From Gammaproteobacteria bacterium (lineage in GTDB: Bacteria > Pseudomonadota > Gammaproteobacteria > JAJFKG01): a stretch of 64,000 nt of DNA. Shown here in pieces: positions 48,814 through 58,580 of the stretch; the stretch's first letter is position 1, and each line of letters begins with the position of its first letter. The stretch is from contig JAJFKG010000051.1 of assembly GCA_021773335.1 (NCBI GenBank), positions 133,985-197,984 of the forward strand, in the 5' to 3' direction. The translations under genes and the position numbers were made by a program. The notes under the pieces are model-generated. The model did not search any database and was not told the DNA's origin. It saw only the letters and a program-made list of their open reading frames with translations.

Positions 48814-50124
48814 TCAAGCAGGGTCAGTAAGCGGAAATTTTTCCAGTAAGTACAACGGGTAATTTGTAATATTGCCATCGCACTTTAAGTTCATTGGTGA
48901 TGTTCTTACAGCATGCTTGGGCTGGTACTTATTAATATAGACCAATAAGCTTTTCTTTTTAGAAGACGTACCCGCCTTGGTCTCAATAGGAATTAAGTTG
49001 TTTTTGACGGTCGTGATAAAATCGACTTCTGCTTGATTGCCACTGGTCCAATAATACAGGTGTTCCTGTCTGCTGTTCATTAGTTGCTGTGCTACGATAT
49101 TTTCAATAAGTGCCCCTTTAAACTCCGAAAATAAATGGCTTGTATTTAAAACGGCACTACTGTCTAAGTTTGACATTGCGCATAATAGGCCAGTATCAAG
49201 CAAGTAAAGCTTAAAGGCATTCTTATCACTATAAGCAGGTAATGGTAATTTGGGCGTGCTGATATCGTGGCAACGATACACGATGCCGGCGTCGACCAAC
49301 CATTGAATGGCAGCTTCGTATTCGCGTGCTCTGGCGCTGGGTTTTATCGCACTGAAGACAAACTTCTTATTTTCTTTGGCCAATTGCTGTGGGATTGAAT
49401 ACCAAATTTCAGTTAGTTTGGCAATTTGGTTGGCTTGCGCATGTTTGGCGAAATCAAACTCATAAGCTTTTACAATTTCAGCTTGTATCACGCGCACTGC
49501 CTGTAAATCACCTGTATCCCTATATACCTTGATTGCCTCTGGCATACCACCTATAAACGTATAAAGTCTAAATAACTCAAGCGCCTGTTCGTGAATGGCT
49601 GCGGGCAAGGGTGTAATTGAATCTGTAGATTGTAAATATTCAAGCAGTGGTGTTTTTTGCATTGCTTGCAGGAATTCAAAAAAACTCATGGGCAAGAGTT
49701 TAAGGAGTGTTACCTTACCAACGGGAAAACCATTCTGCTTACTGACTTTGAGTCCTAATAGCGAACCAGCGGCGGTGACAAAATATTGCTGACCCTTTTC
49801 ACAGAAGTATTTAAGGGATGTGAGCGCACGTGGGCATTCTTGTACTTCATCAAAAATAATTAACGTTTGTTTGGGATCTATCGTGATACTGAAGTAGGCA
49901 CTCAGTGAGCTAATAATGTTTTCAGGATCTAAGTTATTCTCGAATAAGCTATGAATATCACGATTTTCTTCAAAGTTAACCGTAATAAAATCGGAGAAAT
50001 GTTTTTTGCCAAACATCTCCAGCAAGTGAGTTTTGCCGACTTGCCTAGCTCCCAGTAGGACTAAAGGCTTACGGTTTTGTGTGTTTTTCCAGTTCTGTAA
50101 CTGTTTGATACAAAATCTATCCAA
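48814..50124 (-). CDS. AAA_14 ATPase with DUF4143 and C-terminal PD-(D/E)xK-like region
   Basis: GARQVGKT, IIFDEVQ, GGMPEA, KLYLLDTGL, EVDF..PIETK; probable TTG start 50124 after GGGAG. Confidence 0.9.
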   Translation of the reverse strand: MDRFCIKQLQNWKNTQNRKPLVLLGARQVGKTHLLEMFGKKHFSDFITVNFEENRDIHSLFENNLDPENIISSLSAYFSITIDPKQTLIIFDEVQECPRALTSLKYFCEKGQQYFVTAAGSLLGLKVSKQNGFPVGKVTLLKLLPMSFFEFLQAMQKTPLLEYLQSTDSITPLPAAIHEQALELFRLYTFIGGMPEAIKVYRDTGDLQAVRVIQAEIVKAYEFDFAKHAQANQIAKLTEIWYSIPQQLAKENKKFVFSAIKPSARAREYEAAIQWLVDAGIVYRCHDISTPKLPLPAYSDKNAFKLYLLDTGLLCAMSNLDSSAVLNTSHLFSEFKGALIENIVAQQLMNSRQEHLYYWTSGNQAEVDFITTVKNNLIPIETKAGTSSKKKSLLVYINKYQPKHAVRTSPMNLKCDGNITNYPLYLLEKFPLTDPA

Positions 50125-50143
50125 AATGGTCTCCCTAGTAGAA

Positions 50144-50231
50144 CACATTATTCGTATGAATAAGGTGGAGTATATCACATTATTCCTATGAATAATGTGG
50201 GGAATATCACGTTATTCATACAAATAATGTG
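50144..50231. repeat. Three 24-bp palindromes at 32-bp period (probable operator array)
   Basis: CACATTATTC-N4-GAATAATGTG variants at 50144, 50176, 50208; 8-bp spacers GAGTATAT and GGGAATAT. Confidence 0.92.
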
Positions 50232-50460
50232 ATTTTGAGTTTAATAACTTATGTTAATCATATGGTTATGTAAAATTGGTCGTAGGCTGGAAAGTGTAAG
50301 CCGTAGAGAGAGATATTTGTCTGCAGATTGTGGGAGATGCCTTATCTGTGTTTAACCCTAGACAGTTTATAAGCCAATTCATGGACAAATAGATACAAAA
50401 AACAACCAGTTGCTATACTTTTGAATACCGATTGTTTAATCATTAATCACGGACGAATCG

Positions 50461-51675
50461 ATGCGGGTGCTTTTTCTTCATAATAACTTTCCGGCGCAAT
50501 ACCGCGCGTTGGCGCCTTATGTCGGCTCGATGCCAGACAATGAAGTTTACTTTGGCACTATGAATTCTAAAGGTGAGCTGCAAAATGTGAAAAAGGTGTA
50601 TTACAAATTGCACCGTAAAGTGAACCCACAAACCCATCATTATTTACAAAATGCTGAAAATGCTGTGTTACATGGGCAAGCGGTGTATCGTATGGCGCAA
50701 AGCTTGAAACGTCGTGGCTTTTATCCGGATATTGTGTGCGCGCATTCAGGTTGGGGGCCGCCGCACTTTATTAAAGATGTTTATCCGCATACGAAATTAT
50801 TAGCCTATTTCGAATGGTATTATCGTGCAACTGGCAGTGACTATAATTTTTTGCCGAATGATCCAAATGATGAAGATGGACGTCTCAAATTACGCATGAA
50901 AAACGTCGCTTTGCAGATGGATATGGTTGGATGCGACCACGGTGTGTGCCCGACCCAGTGGCAGTGGTCACAAATCCCAGAGATGTTTCAAGAGAAAATT
51001 TCAGTGATACACGATGGTATTGATACGGACCTGATGCAACCTGCCGCTAATGTTAGCTTTACGGTACCAAATACCAATATAACCTTAACACAAAATGATG
51101 AGGTGTTAACTTATGTGGCACGCGGTATGGAACCGTACCGTGGCTTTCCACAACTGATGCAAGCTCTAGCCGTGTTGCAAAAGCGTCGTCCTAATTTACA
51201 GGTGATTATTGCTGGGCAAGACCGCGTTGCTTATGGGCGCTCTTTGCCGGAGAAACAAACGTATAAACAAAAATATTTAAAAGAACTTGACCTGGATTTA
51301 TCACGCATCCACTTTACTGGTTTGTTGAGCTACCGACAATTAGCACAAGCCTTTCAAGTGTCTTCGTTACACTTATATTTAACGGTGCCCTTTGTGTTGT
51401 CTTGGTCAATGTTAGAGGCGATGGCGGCTGGCTGTGTTGTGTTGGGTTCAGCGACTGCGCCCGTAGAAGAAATGATTGAAGATGGTAAGAATGGTTTTCT
51501 CGTCGATTTTTTCTCAGTCGATGATATTGTTGTGCGCGCTGAAGATATTCTCACAAATCAAGACAAAATGCAGGACATCCGTAAGCGCGCTCGCCAATCT
51601 ATTCTAGATAACTATGCTCTCGATAAGATGCTAGCAAAGCATTATCAGTTGATGCAGGATGTTATTAATAGTTAG
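50461..51675 (+). CDS. Glycosyltransferase family 4
   Basis: HNNFPAQY, AHSGWG, RGMEPYRGF, PFVLSWSMLEAMAAG. Confidence 0.92.
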   Translation: MRVLFLHNNFPAQYRALAPYVGSMPDNEVYFGTMNSKGELQNVKKVYYKLHRKVNPQTHHYLQNAENAVLHGQAVYRMAQSLKRRGFYPDIVCAHSGWGPPHFIKDVYPHTKLLAYFEWYYRATGSDYNFLPNDPNDEDGRLKLRMKNVALQMDMVGCDHGVCPTQWQWSQIPEMFQEKISVIHDGIDTDLMQPAANVSFTVPNTNITLTQNDEVLTYVARGMEPYRGFPQLMQALAVLQKRRPNLQVIIAGQDRVAYGRSLPEKQTYKQKYLKELDLDLSRIHFTGLLSYRQLAQAFQVSSLHLYLTVPFVLSWSMLEAMAAGCVVLGSATAPVEEMIEDGKNGFLVDFFSVDDIVVRAEDILTNQDKMQDIRKRARQSILDNYALDKMLAKHYQLMQDVINS

Positions 51676-52082
51676 CCATCGACGGGGCGGGGTTTGCCTT
51701 TTTTATCAATCGCGACAAACGTAAAAATACCTTCAGTGACTTTTGCAGGCTCGGCGGTATGTTTACTATTGCCTTGATTGATGGCCCAAGCTTCGATTTT
51801 GATCGCCATTGAGGTGTTGCCCACGCGGACGATTTCAGCATAACAACGTACGAGATCGCCGACTTGCACCGGGCGTAGAAATGACATCGCATCGATGGCC
51901 ACTGTGGCAGAACGCCCTGGTGAACGCTTACGTGCCATGATCGTGGCACCGAGATCCATTTGCGAGACTAACCAACCACCAAAGATGTCACCATTAGGAT
52001 TGGTGTCAACCGGCATAGCGAGTGTGCTAATCACGAGTTCGCCACTGGGTTGTTGTTCGCTTGGTTTATCTTTATTTGGCAT
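51672..52082 (-). CDS. yciA: Acyl-CoA thioesterase (hotdog fold)
   Basis: AMPVDTNPNGDIFGGWLVSQMD, TFVAID. Confidence 0.92.
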   Translation of the reverse strand: MPNKDKPSEQQPSGELVISTLAMPVDTNPNGDIFGGWLVSQMDLGATIMARKRSPGRSATVAIDAMSFLRPVQVGDLVRCYAEIVRVGNTSMAIKIEAWAINQGNSKHTAEPAKVTEGIFTFVAIDKKGKPRPVDG

Positions 52083-52148
52083 AACTACTTACCTTAATAT
52101 ATGTTTAGTAGGCGTTAGTAACAGTATAGTAGTTTGTTAGAGAAATGA

Positions 52149-52721
52149 TCAGTAGCCACCTTTTTTGCCGGTACCCAGGAAAACAAAATCCCAGCTTACG
52201 CTAAATGGTTTCCACCAAGGGCCTACACCCGTGGCTTTGTCTTTATGATGGAAGAAGCCATTATAGGAGGGGGGTTCGATGTTATAAGTCAGGCGATATT
52301 TGCCAACACCATCGAACTTCACATTTGCGCCATAGTGTGGGCCATCATTGGCAACCATAGGCATGAATGAGCCAGTAGCTTCCCATTGTGGTAAGCCTTG
52401 TGCATTCAAGAACTCTTTGCCATTTTTATCCAGCTTAACGATATGGTATGCGATTTTCAAATAAGGGATCCATTCGCCCACACCGAATCCATTAGGGTTA
52501 TTCTTTAAGGCATGGATATCTGCTTCTAAGTGTGCGTCAGGATTTTTGGGAAAGGTTTTCAAGGTTGGCATCATTACTACAGGTTGCAGGTAAACGGCAC
52601 CAATTTCCATACCATTTTTTTCCACCGCTTGGCCAATCGGGTGCTCTGCTGCATTTACTCTTTGTGTAAAACACAGTAAAAGTACAATTGTTGCTAGTAA
52701 TCCAAGGGTTTTTTTACGCAT
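52149..52721 (-). CDS. Periplasmic iron/copper-binding protein, P19/FetP/FtrA family
   Basis: Signal peptide from ATG 52721; AVYLQPVVM, HLEADIHA, WIPYL, MPMVANDGPHYGAN. Confidence 0.95.
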   Translation of the reverse strand: MRKKTLGLLATIVLLLCFTQRVNAAEHPIGQAVEKNGMEIGAVYLQPVVMMPTLKTFPKNPDAHLEADIHALKNNPNGFGVGEWIPYLKIAYHIVKLDKNGKEFLNAQGLPQWEATGSFMPMVANDGPHYGANVKFDGVGKYRLTYNIEPPSYNGFFHHKDKATGVGPWWKPFSVSWDFVFLGTGKKGGY

Positions 52722-52744
52722 TTTGTTCTCCAAGCTAATTAAAT

Positions 52745-54241
52745 TTAATGTAAAACGACGAGGGCGTGGCGATAATTTTCTAAGAGAGAAAAGTTCACGC
52801 CAAAGATTGCGGGCCACCAGGCTAGAGCGACTAATGCACTGCCAACGATGCCAGGCAATGCACATAGATGGCGGCGTATGCCCGCTAAGCCTTGTTCTTT
52901 TAATAAGGCGTAACCTAAATAAACACTCCAAATGACGGCAGCGAGTAATAATATACCTTTGCTATAGCCCAATAACGTATTGCTAACACCCCAGGAGTGT
53001 ATGGCGCTAAAGAGTAAATCACCCAGGCTAATGATGATAGAAATCATGGCCACCGGCGTGAATTGGTAAGCCAATTCAATAAAACGTTGTTTAAACGTAC
53101 CTTGCGCACCACAACGTGTTGTTAACCAAGAAGCGAGTGCTGTACACGCACTTAACGTGATGACAGCTAATAACATCCATGCCAGCATAAAACCAACAAT
53201 CATGAAGAAGTTCAACCAATTATAGACCTGCCGTTGCTCGGGGTGGACACTCATCAGCCAGTGAGGGCCTGGATTGCCGACCCAATACCAACCTTGATTA
53301 ATAAACCATACGCCAACAGTCTGTTGTAGGGTTTGAAACTGCGGCATGATCAACCATAAGAAACCACCTAAGGCGACGCCGGTGCTTAAAAATAAAAACC
53401 ATACTTCAGCGCTATTGGCATTGTGTTTACGAATTTTAATCACTTCTTCGCCCGGTTTGCGAAAACGCACAAATAAGCCACCGGGTGAACTTGGTTTTAC
53501 ACAGCGAAAACACTCAATACAATGGCGTGATTCTTGTTTTTGGCTTACAGCAATCATCGTCGGACAAATACCATGCTCGGTATATGTATCATTGCCAGGA
53601 CGGCGGTGTTTAGGGGCAAACTGTACGGCACCAATGCGTGAGAATACACCGAGTAACAAGCCAATTGGGCACATATGCCGACACCACGCGCGTTTTTTCT
53701 TGCCATACACAAAGCCAATGAACAGAGCGAACAATAAAGTTAAGCCGAATATTTCTGTCATTGCGCTTGCTTGATCACGCACATCTACGGTTTGCCCGAG
53801 AATAGTCACGATAATAAAGCTGACAATCGGCGTACCCTCCCAGCGTACCCAACGTGGAATAGTCCGCTGTAGGCCGACTTTATTGGCCCATTCAGAGGCG
53901 GCACCTAATGGACATAATAAGCCACACCAACTGCGCCCGGAAAAGATCACTGAAACAAATACCAAAGGAAACCAAACGCCCCACATGATAAACAAAGAAA
54001 ATTCGGTAAAGTTATTTAAAGGGGAAGCACCGTGCATAGGTTCTGGCAGAAATGGCGGAATGAATAATACCACGAGAAAAAATATAAACATCGCCATATG
54101 CACCAAGGCCAATTTATTTTTATGGCGATAGATGAATTTCTCAAGCTTTGCGGCGAAGCCATTTTGATTGCGTGTTTGGTAGTCTGGATTTGCTTCTACG
54201 CGTACGGGAATTTGGCGTAGTGCTTGCTGTGCTTTTATCAT
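52745..54241 (-). CDS. Membrane polyferredoxin, FtrD-like
   Basis: GRSWCGLLCPLG, RAWCRHMCPIG, CIECFRC with multiple TM helices. Confidence 0.9.
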   Translation of the reverse strand: MIKAQQALRQIPVRVEANPDYQTRNQNGFAAKLEKFIYRHKNKLALVHMAMFIFFLVVLFIPPFLPEPMHGASPLNNFTEFSLFIMWGVWFPLVFVSVIFSGRSWCGLLCPLGAASEWANKVGLQRTIPRWVRWEGTPIVSFIIVTILGQTVDVRDQASAMTEIFGLTLLFALFIGFVYGKKKRAWCRHMCPIGLLLGVFSRIGAVQFAPKHRRPGNDTYTEHGICPTMIAVSQKQESRHCIECFRCVKPSSPGGLFVRFRKPGEEVIKIRKHNANSAEVWFLFLSTGVALGGFLWLIMPQFQTLQQTVGVWFINQGWYWVGNPGPHWLMSVHPEQRQVYNWLNFFMIVGFMLAWMLLAVITLSACTALASWLTTRCGAQGTFKQRFIELAYQFTPVAMISIIISLGDLLFSAIHSWGVSNTLLGYSKGILLLAAVIWSVYLGYALLKEQGLAGIRRHLCALPGIVGSALVALAWWPAIFGVNFSLLENYRHALVVLH

Positions 54242-54249
54242 TACTGATT

Positions 54250-55485
54250 TTACCGTGATGTACTAATTTCATTAAACTCCGCTGTGCGCATACGTCGTTT
54301 ATCAAGACCGCTGTAAACGAGCCAGCCAAATAAGGACAAGCCCAAAAATATTGCTTGTGCACCTGCGCTCTCGGCGGTTGAAAAAATTCCCAGCCATGGC
54401 AATTGCGGTATCCAAGTCACCGGCGTAATGGCTATCCAGCCTGCTTCCTGCAATTCTAAGATGCCGCCGCCAATGAAGAAAAAGGCCATATAAAATAAGA
54501 AGATTGCCGTGACTGAAAAGAAAAATTTAAAGGGAATTTTAAAAGAGGCGCTCTTCATGGCCCAATATATAAAGAATAAAGCGATACAAGCTGTGATAAA
54601 ACCACTGATCAATGCGATGGATTGTCCGTGACTACCAATCGCGAGGGCTTGATAAAACAAGATGGTTTCCGCGCCTTCACGATACACGGCAAGAAATGCG
54701 GCTAATCCTAACGCGAATAGGCTGCCACGCGTGAGAGCACTATCCATTTTTGATTTGATATAACCTTGCCAGCGTGAAGCTTCACGTTTGGAAAATAGCC
54801 AATAACTGACATAAAAGAGTACTGCAGCGGCAACTAACATAGTGATTCCTTCCATCGCTTCACGATTGGCACCAGCCGCTTTGAAGGCGGTTGCAAATAA
54901 ATAGGCGGTAACTGCACTGGCTGCTAAGGCAAAACCCACACCGTAATAAATCACTTTAGCTTTATCGCCAGCATTTGCGCGTCGCAAGTAAGTGAGCAGG
55001 GCAGTAATAATCAGCATTGCTTCGAAACCTTCACGTACTAAAATAATAAAAGATTGTGCGAATGCCTCACCAAATGTGCTCGCGCTATTACTTTGTAACA
55101 TCGCCAAGTCATCGTTGAGGCGGACTTGTAATTTTTGCCAAGCTTTTTGAATTTGTACTTTGTTGGCGTTGCTGCTTGATAAGCCGATCAGCTGGGTAAA
55201 TAGGGCTTCAGTTTTGGTATTGATGGATGGCGAGATGGCTGTGACTGCGAGTTCCATGCCTTCACCTTCGTAATGATCGAAGTATAAGCCGGAAAATCCA
55301 TCCATCGCCTGCATGCCATTTTTTGCGGCGTAATCTTTGACTATGGAATTACCCTTATCGTTGATAGTAGTAACGGTTTTGTGAAAATCTGTTGGTTTAG
55401 GTGTTGTATTAACAGTTGCCGCGAGCACGACACTGAAGGCAAATAGACAGCTGATAACAAGTAAAATCTTCGTTATATTTTTCAT
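54250..55485 (-). CDS. FTR1-family iron permease with N-terminal periplasmic domain (FetM-like)
   Basis: Two RExxE motifs (REGFE, REGAE); signal peptide; TM domain. Confidence 0.95.
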   Translation of the reverse strand: MKNITKILLVISCLFAFSVVLAATVNTTPKPTDFHKTVTTINDKGNSIVKDYAAKNGMQAMDGFSGLYFDHYEGEGMELAVTAISPSINTKTEALFTQLIGLSSSNANKVQIQKAWQKLQVRLNDDLAMLQSNSASTFGEAFAQSFIILVREGFEAMLIITALLTYLRRANAGDKAKVIYYGVGFALAASAVTAYLFATAFKAAGANREAMEGITMLVAAAVLFYVSYWLFSKREASRWQGYIKSKMDSALTRGSLFALGLAAFLAVYREGAETILFYQALAIGSHGQSIALISGFITACIALFFIYWAMKSASFKIPFKFFFSVTAIFLFYMAFFFIGGGILELQEAGWIAITPVTWIPQLPWLGIFSTAESAGAQAIFLGLSLFGWLVYSGLDKRRMRTAEFNEISTSR

Positions 55486-55492
55486 TACGGAT

Positions 55493-55990
55493 TTATCCTA
55501 CGTTGTAAACTTGTTTTTTCACTTTGGCTTTATTAAGAGCGAGCGCTTCTTTTTGAATCGCCTGACATAACTTGCTTGTCATTTTGGTAACTTGCTGTTT
55601 TTGTGCTGATGAAGGATTAGCGCTCATCGCTTTAGGAATAGCACTAAATTGCTGCTCGATTTGGAAAACATGCGGCCCACCCAACACGGTGCGTACCGCT
55701 GGTTCCATATTGGTGTCGTAAACTTTGAAATAAGCCATCACCGCGGTTAAATGCGCTTTACCAATTTGACCTTGTTGATAGAGTTGAGATGCTTGAGCGA
55801 GCGCTTGGCACACTTTGTCTGCTTCCGGACCCCAGACGCCGCCAGTCTTGCTGGGCTTTTGGTTCAATGTCGTTTTTTGATTAGTTTGTGTTTTAATGGG
55901 GGCTGCTTTTGTGTTTCCCTGGGCAGCAAAAGCCGGCACTATGCTCAAATAGAGACAGCTTGCCAATGCAATAAATGCTATTTTTTTCAT
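55493..55990 (-). CDS. Exported helical protein resembling the permease periplasmic domain
   Basis: Signal peptide; AYFKVYDTNMEPAV..IEQQF parallels LYFDHYEGEGMELAV..TEALF in the adjacent permease. Confidence 0.75.
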   Translation of the reverse strand: MKKIAFIALASCLYLSIVPAFAAQGNTKAAPIKTQTNQKTTLNQKPSKTGGVWGPEADKVCQALAQASQLYQQGQIGKAHLTAVMAYFKVYDTNMEPAVRTVLGGPHVFQIEQQFSAIPKAMSANPSSAQKQQVTKMTSKLCQAIQKEALALNKAKVKKQVYNVG

Positions 55991-56051
55991 AGAGTTAGGC
56001 TCCGAAACGCGGTTTGATTCTGTATACCTTACATAGTAGGGAGCCTAGTCT

Positions 56052-56082
56052 AGTGTAAATCTAAATAAGAATCAATCTCAAT
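56052..56082 (-). promoter_or_regulatory. Fur box overlapping a sigma70 promoter of the iron-uptake operon
   Basis: TAAGAAT-C-AATCTCA resembles the 7-1-7 Fur palindrome; minus strand TTGAGA-N18-TACACT. Confidence 0.75.
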
Positions 56083-56097
56083 TAATTGCTAAGTGAT

Positions 56098-57258
56098 CTA
56101 AGTCAATAGGACTTTGCTTAAAATTTGGCAAATCTGGTCGGCATGGGGTTGATCTAAAATGAGAGCTGGTAATAAGCGGATAACACGCTCACCCGCCGTA
56201 TTGAATAATAAGCCTTGTTCTAAGGCGGCCTCCATATAAGGACGGCAGGCTTGTTTACATTCAATGCCAAGTATTAAGCCTTTGCCGCGGATGTCGATAA
56301 CGGTGTCATGTTCAGCGAGTTGGTCGCGCAATTGCGCTTGTAGGTATGTACCTATTTTTGTGGCATTCGCGATCAAATTTTCTTGCTCTAACACATCCAG
56401 TGTCGCTAGCGCGGCACGACAAGCTAAAGGATTACCACCAAAAGTAGAGCCATGTTTACCCGGCTGCAATAAATCGCGCAGCTTTTCGCCAGCAATCGTT
56501 GCGCCAATTGGTATGCCATTGGCGAGTGCTTTTGCTAAAGTGACAATATCTGGCGTGATAGCACTATGTTGATACGCCATAAATTTACCTGTGCGTCCCA
56601 TGCCGGTTTGGATTTCATCGAGCATGAGTAACCAATCATTTTGATCACATAGCTCGCGCACTGCAGTTAAATACCCTTCATCAGGCACTTGTATGCCACC
56701 ACCACCTTGAATAGGCTCAAGCCACACGCCAATAATATTTTTTTCGTGTACGGCAATTTGTTGTAATGCTTCAATGTCGTTGAATGGGGCGCGAATAAAA
56801 CCTTTGACTAAAGGTTCAAAGCCAGCTTGGTTAGCGCGTCCAGCGGAGGCGGTGAGAGTTGCTAAGGTGCGTCCATGAAATGCACGTTCCATCACGATAA
56901 TGGTAGGTTCCTCAATGCCACGTTGGTGACCATATAAACGCGCCAATTTAATCGCTGCTTCATTTGCTTCAGCACCACTATTGCTAAAGAAGACTTGTTG
57001 TAACTGAGTTAGAGAAACAAGCTTATCAGCAAGTTGTTCCTGTTGCTCAATGTGGCAAACGTTAGAGGGTTGTACGAGTTGGGTGACTTGTTGGCAAATT
57101 GCGTTGGCAACGGTTGGATGACAATGCCCCAGGTTGCAAACAGCAATGCCAGCAAGTGCATCTAAGTATTGTTTTTCCTGGGAATCCCATAAGTGCAGAC
57201 CCGCTCCGCGAGTGAAGGTAACGGGCAAACGTTTATAGGTGGGCATCAAGCTTGTCAT
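56098..57258 (-). CDS. argD: Acetylornithine aminotransferase
   Basis: SNSGAEANE, FHGRT, DEIQTGMGRTG, AKAL, HGSTFGGNPL; ATG 57258. Confidence 0.9.
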   Translation of the reverse strand: MTSLMPTYKRLPVTFTRGAGLHLWDSQEKQYLDALAGIAVCNLGHCHPTVANAICQQVTQLVQPSNVCHIEQQEQLADKLVSLTQLQQVFFSNSGAEANEAAIKLARLYGHQRGIEEPTIIVMERAFHGRTLATLTASAGRANQAGFEPLVKGFIRAPFNDIEALQQIAVHEKNIIGVWLEPIQGGGGIQVPDEGYLTAVRELCDQNDWLLMLDEIQTGMGRTGKFMAYQHSAITPDIVTLAKALANGIPIGATIAGEKLRDLLQPGKHGSTFGGNPLACRAALATLDVLEQENLIANATKIGTYLQAQLRDQLAEHDTVIDIRGKGLILGIECKQACRPYMEAALEQGLLFNTAGERVIRLLPALILDQPHADQICQILSKVLLT

Positions 57259-57285
57259 TAAGTTTATTCCTAGGTGGATTCGAAT

Positions 57286-57331
57286 GTAGGTTAGTGCTGT
57301 GTCCTGCATTTATGCGGGACACAGCCCAACA
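57286..57331 (+). repeat. GTAG-led REP-like hairpin between sodB and argD
   Basis: GTAGGTTAGTGCTGTGTCCTGCAT-TT-ATGCGGGACACAGCCCAACA. Confidence 0.55.
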
Positions 57332-57352
57332 CTCACATCTTAAGTATTACGT

Positions 57353-57931
57353 CTAACCTGCAAAATTACTTGCAACAAAATCCCAATTCACCAAATTCCA
57401 AAATGCTTCAATGTACTTGGGGCGGGCATTGCGATAATCGATGTAATACGCATGTTCCCAAACATCGCAAGTCAATAGTGGCGTTTGGCCATCACGTAAT
57501 GGATTGTTAGCATTACTACTGCTGACAATGGCCAACTTGTTATTAGCTTTGACTAGCCAAGCCCAACCAGAGCCAAAGGTGGTTGCCGCGACCTTACTAA
57601 ATTCTTCACGAAACGCGGCAAAGTTACCAAAAGCAGCATTGATTGCTGCTGCGAGATCACCACTAGGTTCACCGCCACCGTCGGAGCTGAGGCAATGCCA
57701 GTAAAAGGTATGATTCCAAACTTGTGCGGCGTTATTGAAAATACCACCATCGGCCTTTTTAATGATATCTTCTAGGGCTAAGCCCTCGTACTTGGAGCTA
57801 GGAACTAGATTATTTAGATTGGTGACATAGGCTTGGTGGTGTTTGCCATAATGATATTCTAGGGTTTCTTTAGAAATATGGGGTTCTAGAGCATTTAGCG
57901 CGTAAGGTAATTTCGGTAATTCAAAGGTCAT
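57353..57931 (-). CDS. sodB: Fe superoxide dismutase
   Basis: [20 protein letters not shown] (Fe-type pattern), DVWEHAYY. Confidence 0.97.
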   Translation of the reverse strand: MTFELPKLPYALNALEPHISKETLEYHYGKHHQAYVTNLNNLVPSSKYEGLALEDIIKKADGGIFNNAAQVWNHTFYWHCLSSDGGGEPSGDLAAAINAAFGNFAAFREEFSKVAATTFGSGWAWLVKANNKLAIVSSSNANNPLRDGQTPLLTCDVWEHAYYIDYRNARPKYIEAFWNLVNWDFVASNFAG

Positions 57932-57970
57932 GTTAAGTCTCCTAATCGGTCTTTATTGAGCTTGGCTATT

Positions 57971-58136
57971 ATCCTAAAATCCGCAGTTGGCCAGCGATTA
58001 ATAGCGTAAGGCCTTAATTCATCTAGCTAGTTAAAAATTGTCTCATCACCAGTGAGGTGACCACGAAAATTTTTAATACGCTATCTGAAACAATTCCTTA
58101 CACCCTTAACCCGCGTCCAACTGCGGATTCTAGGAT
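57971..58136. mobile_element. 166-bp MITE-like palindromic element
   Basis: 20-bp terminal inverted repeat with one mismatch (ATCCTAAAATCCGCAGTTGG/CCAACTGCGGATTCTAGGAT); interior also self-complementary. Confidence 0.7.
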
Positions 58137-58237
58137 TATCCTTAATACACAACAATACAGCAATGCTCAGTTTTCTGATAAAATCAGCGCGCAAATTAGG
58201 TTATAGATGGCGACAAGAAGAGAATGATGAGGTATTT

Positions 58238-58552
58238 ATGCAAACGTTAGATAAAATTAAGCAGCAAATCGGTGATAACCGTATCATGTTGTACATGAAA
58301 GGAACACCTGAGATGCCGCAATGTGGATTTTCTGCACAAGTGGTACGTATTTTAATGGCTTGTGGTGAAAAATTTGCATATGTGGATATTTTGGAAAACC
58401 CTGATATCCGCCAGGAGTTGCCAAAGTTTGCAAATTGGCCGACTTTTCCTCAGCTATATGTTGATGGTGAATTGGTAGGTGGCTGTGACATTGTAACAGA
58501 GCTCTATGAAAAGGGTGAATTGCAGACGTTAGTTAAACAGACAGCCAAATAG
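58238..58552 (+). CDS. grxD: Monothiol glutaredoxin Grx4
   Basis: MKGTPEMPQCGFS, WPTFPQLY, GGCD; GAGG RBS before ATG 58238. Confidence 0.97.
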   Translation: MQTLDKIKQQIGDNRIMLYMKGTPEMPQCGFSAQVVRILMACGEKFAYVDILENPDIRQELPKFANWPTFPQLYVDGELVGGCDIVTELYEKGELQTLVKQTAK

Positions 58553-58580
58553 GAAAAAGACTTAATAAAGGAGTACAAGG

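Noticed and set aside
50144..50231. Mini-CRISPR array
   Set aside because: Spacers are only 8 bp and nearly identical; no cas genes nearby
52149..52931. 260-aa extended P19
   Set aside because: Extension overlaps the polyferredoxin gene; signal peptide starts at 52721
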